This document shows, one piece after another, positions 61,064-64,000 of a DNA stretch of 64,000 bases. The DNA is from the human T2T-CHM13v2.0 reference genome, Homo sapiens. The notes beneath the pieces are model-generated. The model searched no databases. It saw only the letters and a program-made list of their open reading frames with translations, and was not told the DNA's origin. Numbering within the stretch: the stretch's first letter is position 1; each line of letters begins with the position of its first letter. The DNA lies in the NCBI RefSeq assembly GCF_009914755.1, contig NC_060941.1; one strand, written 5' to 3'. The translations under genes and the position numbers were made by a program.

Positions 61064-61944
61064 TAGGCCATATGTGAAGAAAGAATGTTTCCATGTAAGA
61101 TAATTGGTGAATGTGGATATATTGAATAAATGCCAAAGATATTTAGGTTCTCTTCATTGAACACTTAGTTAATTCATTATATCCATTTTCTACCTTATAG
61201 TTCAGGCACATATTGTTTATATCAGGCATTAATTTTGGTACTTGGTTTGAAAACTGTGTATGTGCTTCTGTAAGATAAGAGTTCTCAGTCACTTATTATT
61301 ATTGGCCATAATTTAATTGAGTCTAGGAGATCTTTGATTCATCATTATTTCAAATACTTACAAAACAGAGGGAAAGTTAGCATAGTTATGGTTTAAAACC
61401 ATGAGTGATATAGGTTAGTAGCTGTTGGTAGCAAATTTCAACCCGTTTCATCAGTTAGAATGTTTCTTTGAAATTTTCCTCCTCAAAATTGTTCGCAGAT
61501 GTTTAAGTAAAGAGCCTTTGTCAAAAAATATTCATGGAACCCTCTGGTATACCATTTACTTAAATGTTTTATTTTATTTCATCCTATCATATCACTTAAT
61601 TTTTTAGCTTCAGGTTAAAAAATTGACACATTACTCTCACAGTAATTAGCTGACTACAGATGGAAAAATCAAATCTTTCAAACCTAAACTTCAGTAGTCT
61701 TCTGTTTTCTGCCTTATAATTCTTAGCTACATGTAGAAGTATGCATAGAAAAAAGGTAAGCATTTTCCAATAGTGGTGTCAATTGGAAAAAACTGAATCC
61801 TTTTAACATAAAAAGGAATCATACCTATAGCAGCCACAGGATTATAAAGACTTTTTAGGAAGGAATGATTTAGCTTGGAGTACAAGATACTGAAAACTTG
61901 TATTATAGAACAACTATTAAATGAAAATGTAAGAAATACCTTAG

Positions 61945-62313
<369 letters not shown>

Positions 62314-64000
62314 ATGTGTCCTGTGTTTTTGATACAAATAAATTTGTTGTAGCCAAAGCAAAAAAAAAAAAAAAAAAAATTCCTCAGTTTCCTCTTTTTT
62401 TCTCCTTGAAAAATAAAAAACCTATTACCTAAAACATAAAAATATTAAAGATTAATAGGACCTCAAGTTACTATATGAATTCAGCATACTATATTATCTA
62501 TGTCAGCAGCTCCCTCTGTAGTGTCTCCGAAATATGGCGCACACATTACAAATGGCTTTAGATGTTTTTTAATTTGGAGGATTATTGTGTCTACAGATTT
62601 TACAGTAGATAATATTTTGAATTTTAAATAAGTGATCCTGGAATTATGCTTTTAAGAAACTATTTTTGAGGTCTGTATGAAGTGCTATTGTTTTAGGCAA
62701 GTTCTTAGTATATCGTTATACATCTAATGGGTTCTTTAATACTTAGTTGAATGGGTCAGTACATCGAGTCAAAAATATATATTTATATTACTTAAGTTGT
62801 GAGGGAAAATAAATAATCCTAAGTAATTATCCACTGTACATAAAGTACCACATCATTACACTTTTTCTAAGATTAGAAAAATTGGGATATATATCACATA
62901 TTCAAGTTTTAATAGACAAACATTTTAAACCAGCAGGCGCTTTTAAACCTAATATAATAGTTAATATAATTTTAGAAAATTTGAGTTCTGTGTGCATTTT
63001 GATGTAATCAGATGTAAAGTAAGAGTATCGGTGTATAGTATCATGCAGTTAATCATGTATTTCCTAAAAGAGACTGAAACTGTAATAAAATTATTATGCC
63101 AGTGCTCACCAAAAATTTAGTGTGGGTTTTGAAACACCATGCATTTTTAGATAACTCCTTGAAGCAACAAAAAAAAAGTCAATATCTAGACTGTAAGTTT
63201 TTATAAATCTGCCTACAGGGTTCAACAGATGTAGGGCAAGTCAGATGTGAAAGGAGCAATAAATTCTATCATGACCTCTGTATCTTTTAACTTTTTGTCT
63301 TCATAGTTTTTAATCTATCTAGGAAATATATTATTTAATAATTTTAAAGATTATATATTTTTCTGAGCTGATGTTAGCTTTTAAAGGATTACATTTTTCA
63401 TTTTGTACTTTGAGTTTCTATTTGGAAATCTGTATGCAAACAGTTTGGTACTTAATTACTTTGAGCCTACTGAAATTTAAATCAAGAGAAACCAGTTCTA
63501 ATTGTTTATTAGAAAACGGAGTTTATTATGCTTCAGTCAGGATTCTGGATGCTCTACAATGCACATTAACAGGCCCCTTCCCAGAAAGCACTAGTTACCT
63601 ACAGGGTTGGAAATAAAAATTTGGTCTGCTTTGGGAAAAGCTTATTTTTAACTTGAAGCATAACTTAGCATTCTATGAAGACGAACATGGGTGGTGTGAG
63701 TCTTCTATGCTAGAAGCAATTACATTCTAAACTCAGTGGAAATGAGAAGTCTAGTGGAGTGTCCGTACACGCTGGTTTGTTGGGACAGTCTTGGATTTTA
63801 CTTGATGTTCTGGCGCAATTATTGTGAAGTTCTCACTCTCAGAAGTGTCACTGTTTGGATGATAGGTTTTGCTTGTGCAGGCAGTGTTTTAAATAGGAAT
63901 CTCTTGTCATAAAGACAGTGAGGAAACCTGTGTGTCCATTTCAGCCAGTAAGAGTCTCTAGTGCTTTGAAGCAGCTCTGTAACCCTCAGGGAATCTTAGG

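Overview
AT-rich, repeat-dense human genomic DNA. The human-specific AluYb8 and AluYa5-lineage insertions support a human origin. The window lies inside the NLK (Nemo-like kinase) gene, transcribed on the + strand. It covers the distal ~48 kb of a very long intron, a 130-nt coding exon (48011-48140, SVTDPRDGKRVALKKMPNVFQNLVSCKRVFRELKMLCFFKHDN), a ~9.9-kb intron, a 56-nt coding exon (58028-58083, VLSALDILQPPHIDYFEEI) and the start of the next intron. That last intron opens with GTATCCT, a U12 (minor spliceosome)-type donor. The rest is intronic: about 27 Alus, several old L1s, LTRs (MLT1, THE1, MER41, LTR33-like, MER77-like), DNA transposons (MER104, Tigger3, MER2), MIR/L2 fragments, microsatellites and an antisense RPS29 processed pseudogene. 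None of the ORF-track entries is a real gene. I found no new multi-gene system. The most interesting signals are: (1) the splicing architecture around the two exons (minor-class donor, AG|GT exon starts, flanking inverted Alus, a stop-free 186-nt circle); (2) a series of short, locally templated duplications and palindromic scars; (3) young or possibly polymorphic retrotransposon insertions, including a poly(A)-only insertion with a perfect 20-bp TSD. Repeat subfamily names come from my memory of consensus sequences, and the boundaries of old repeats are approximate.
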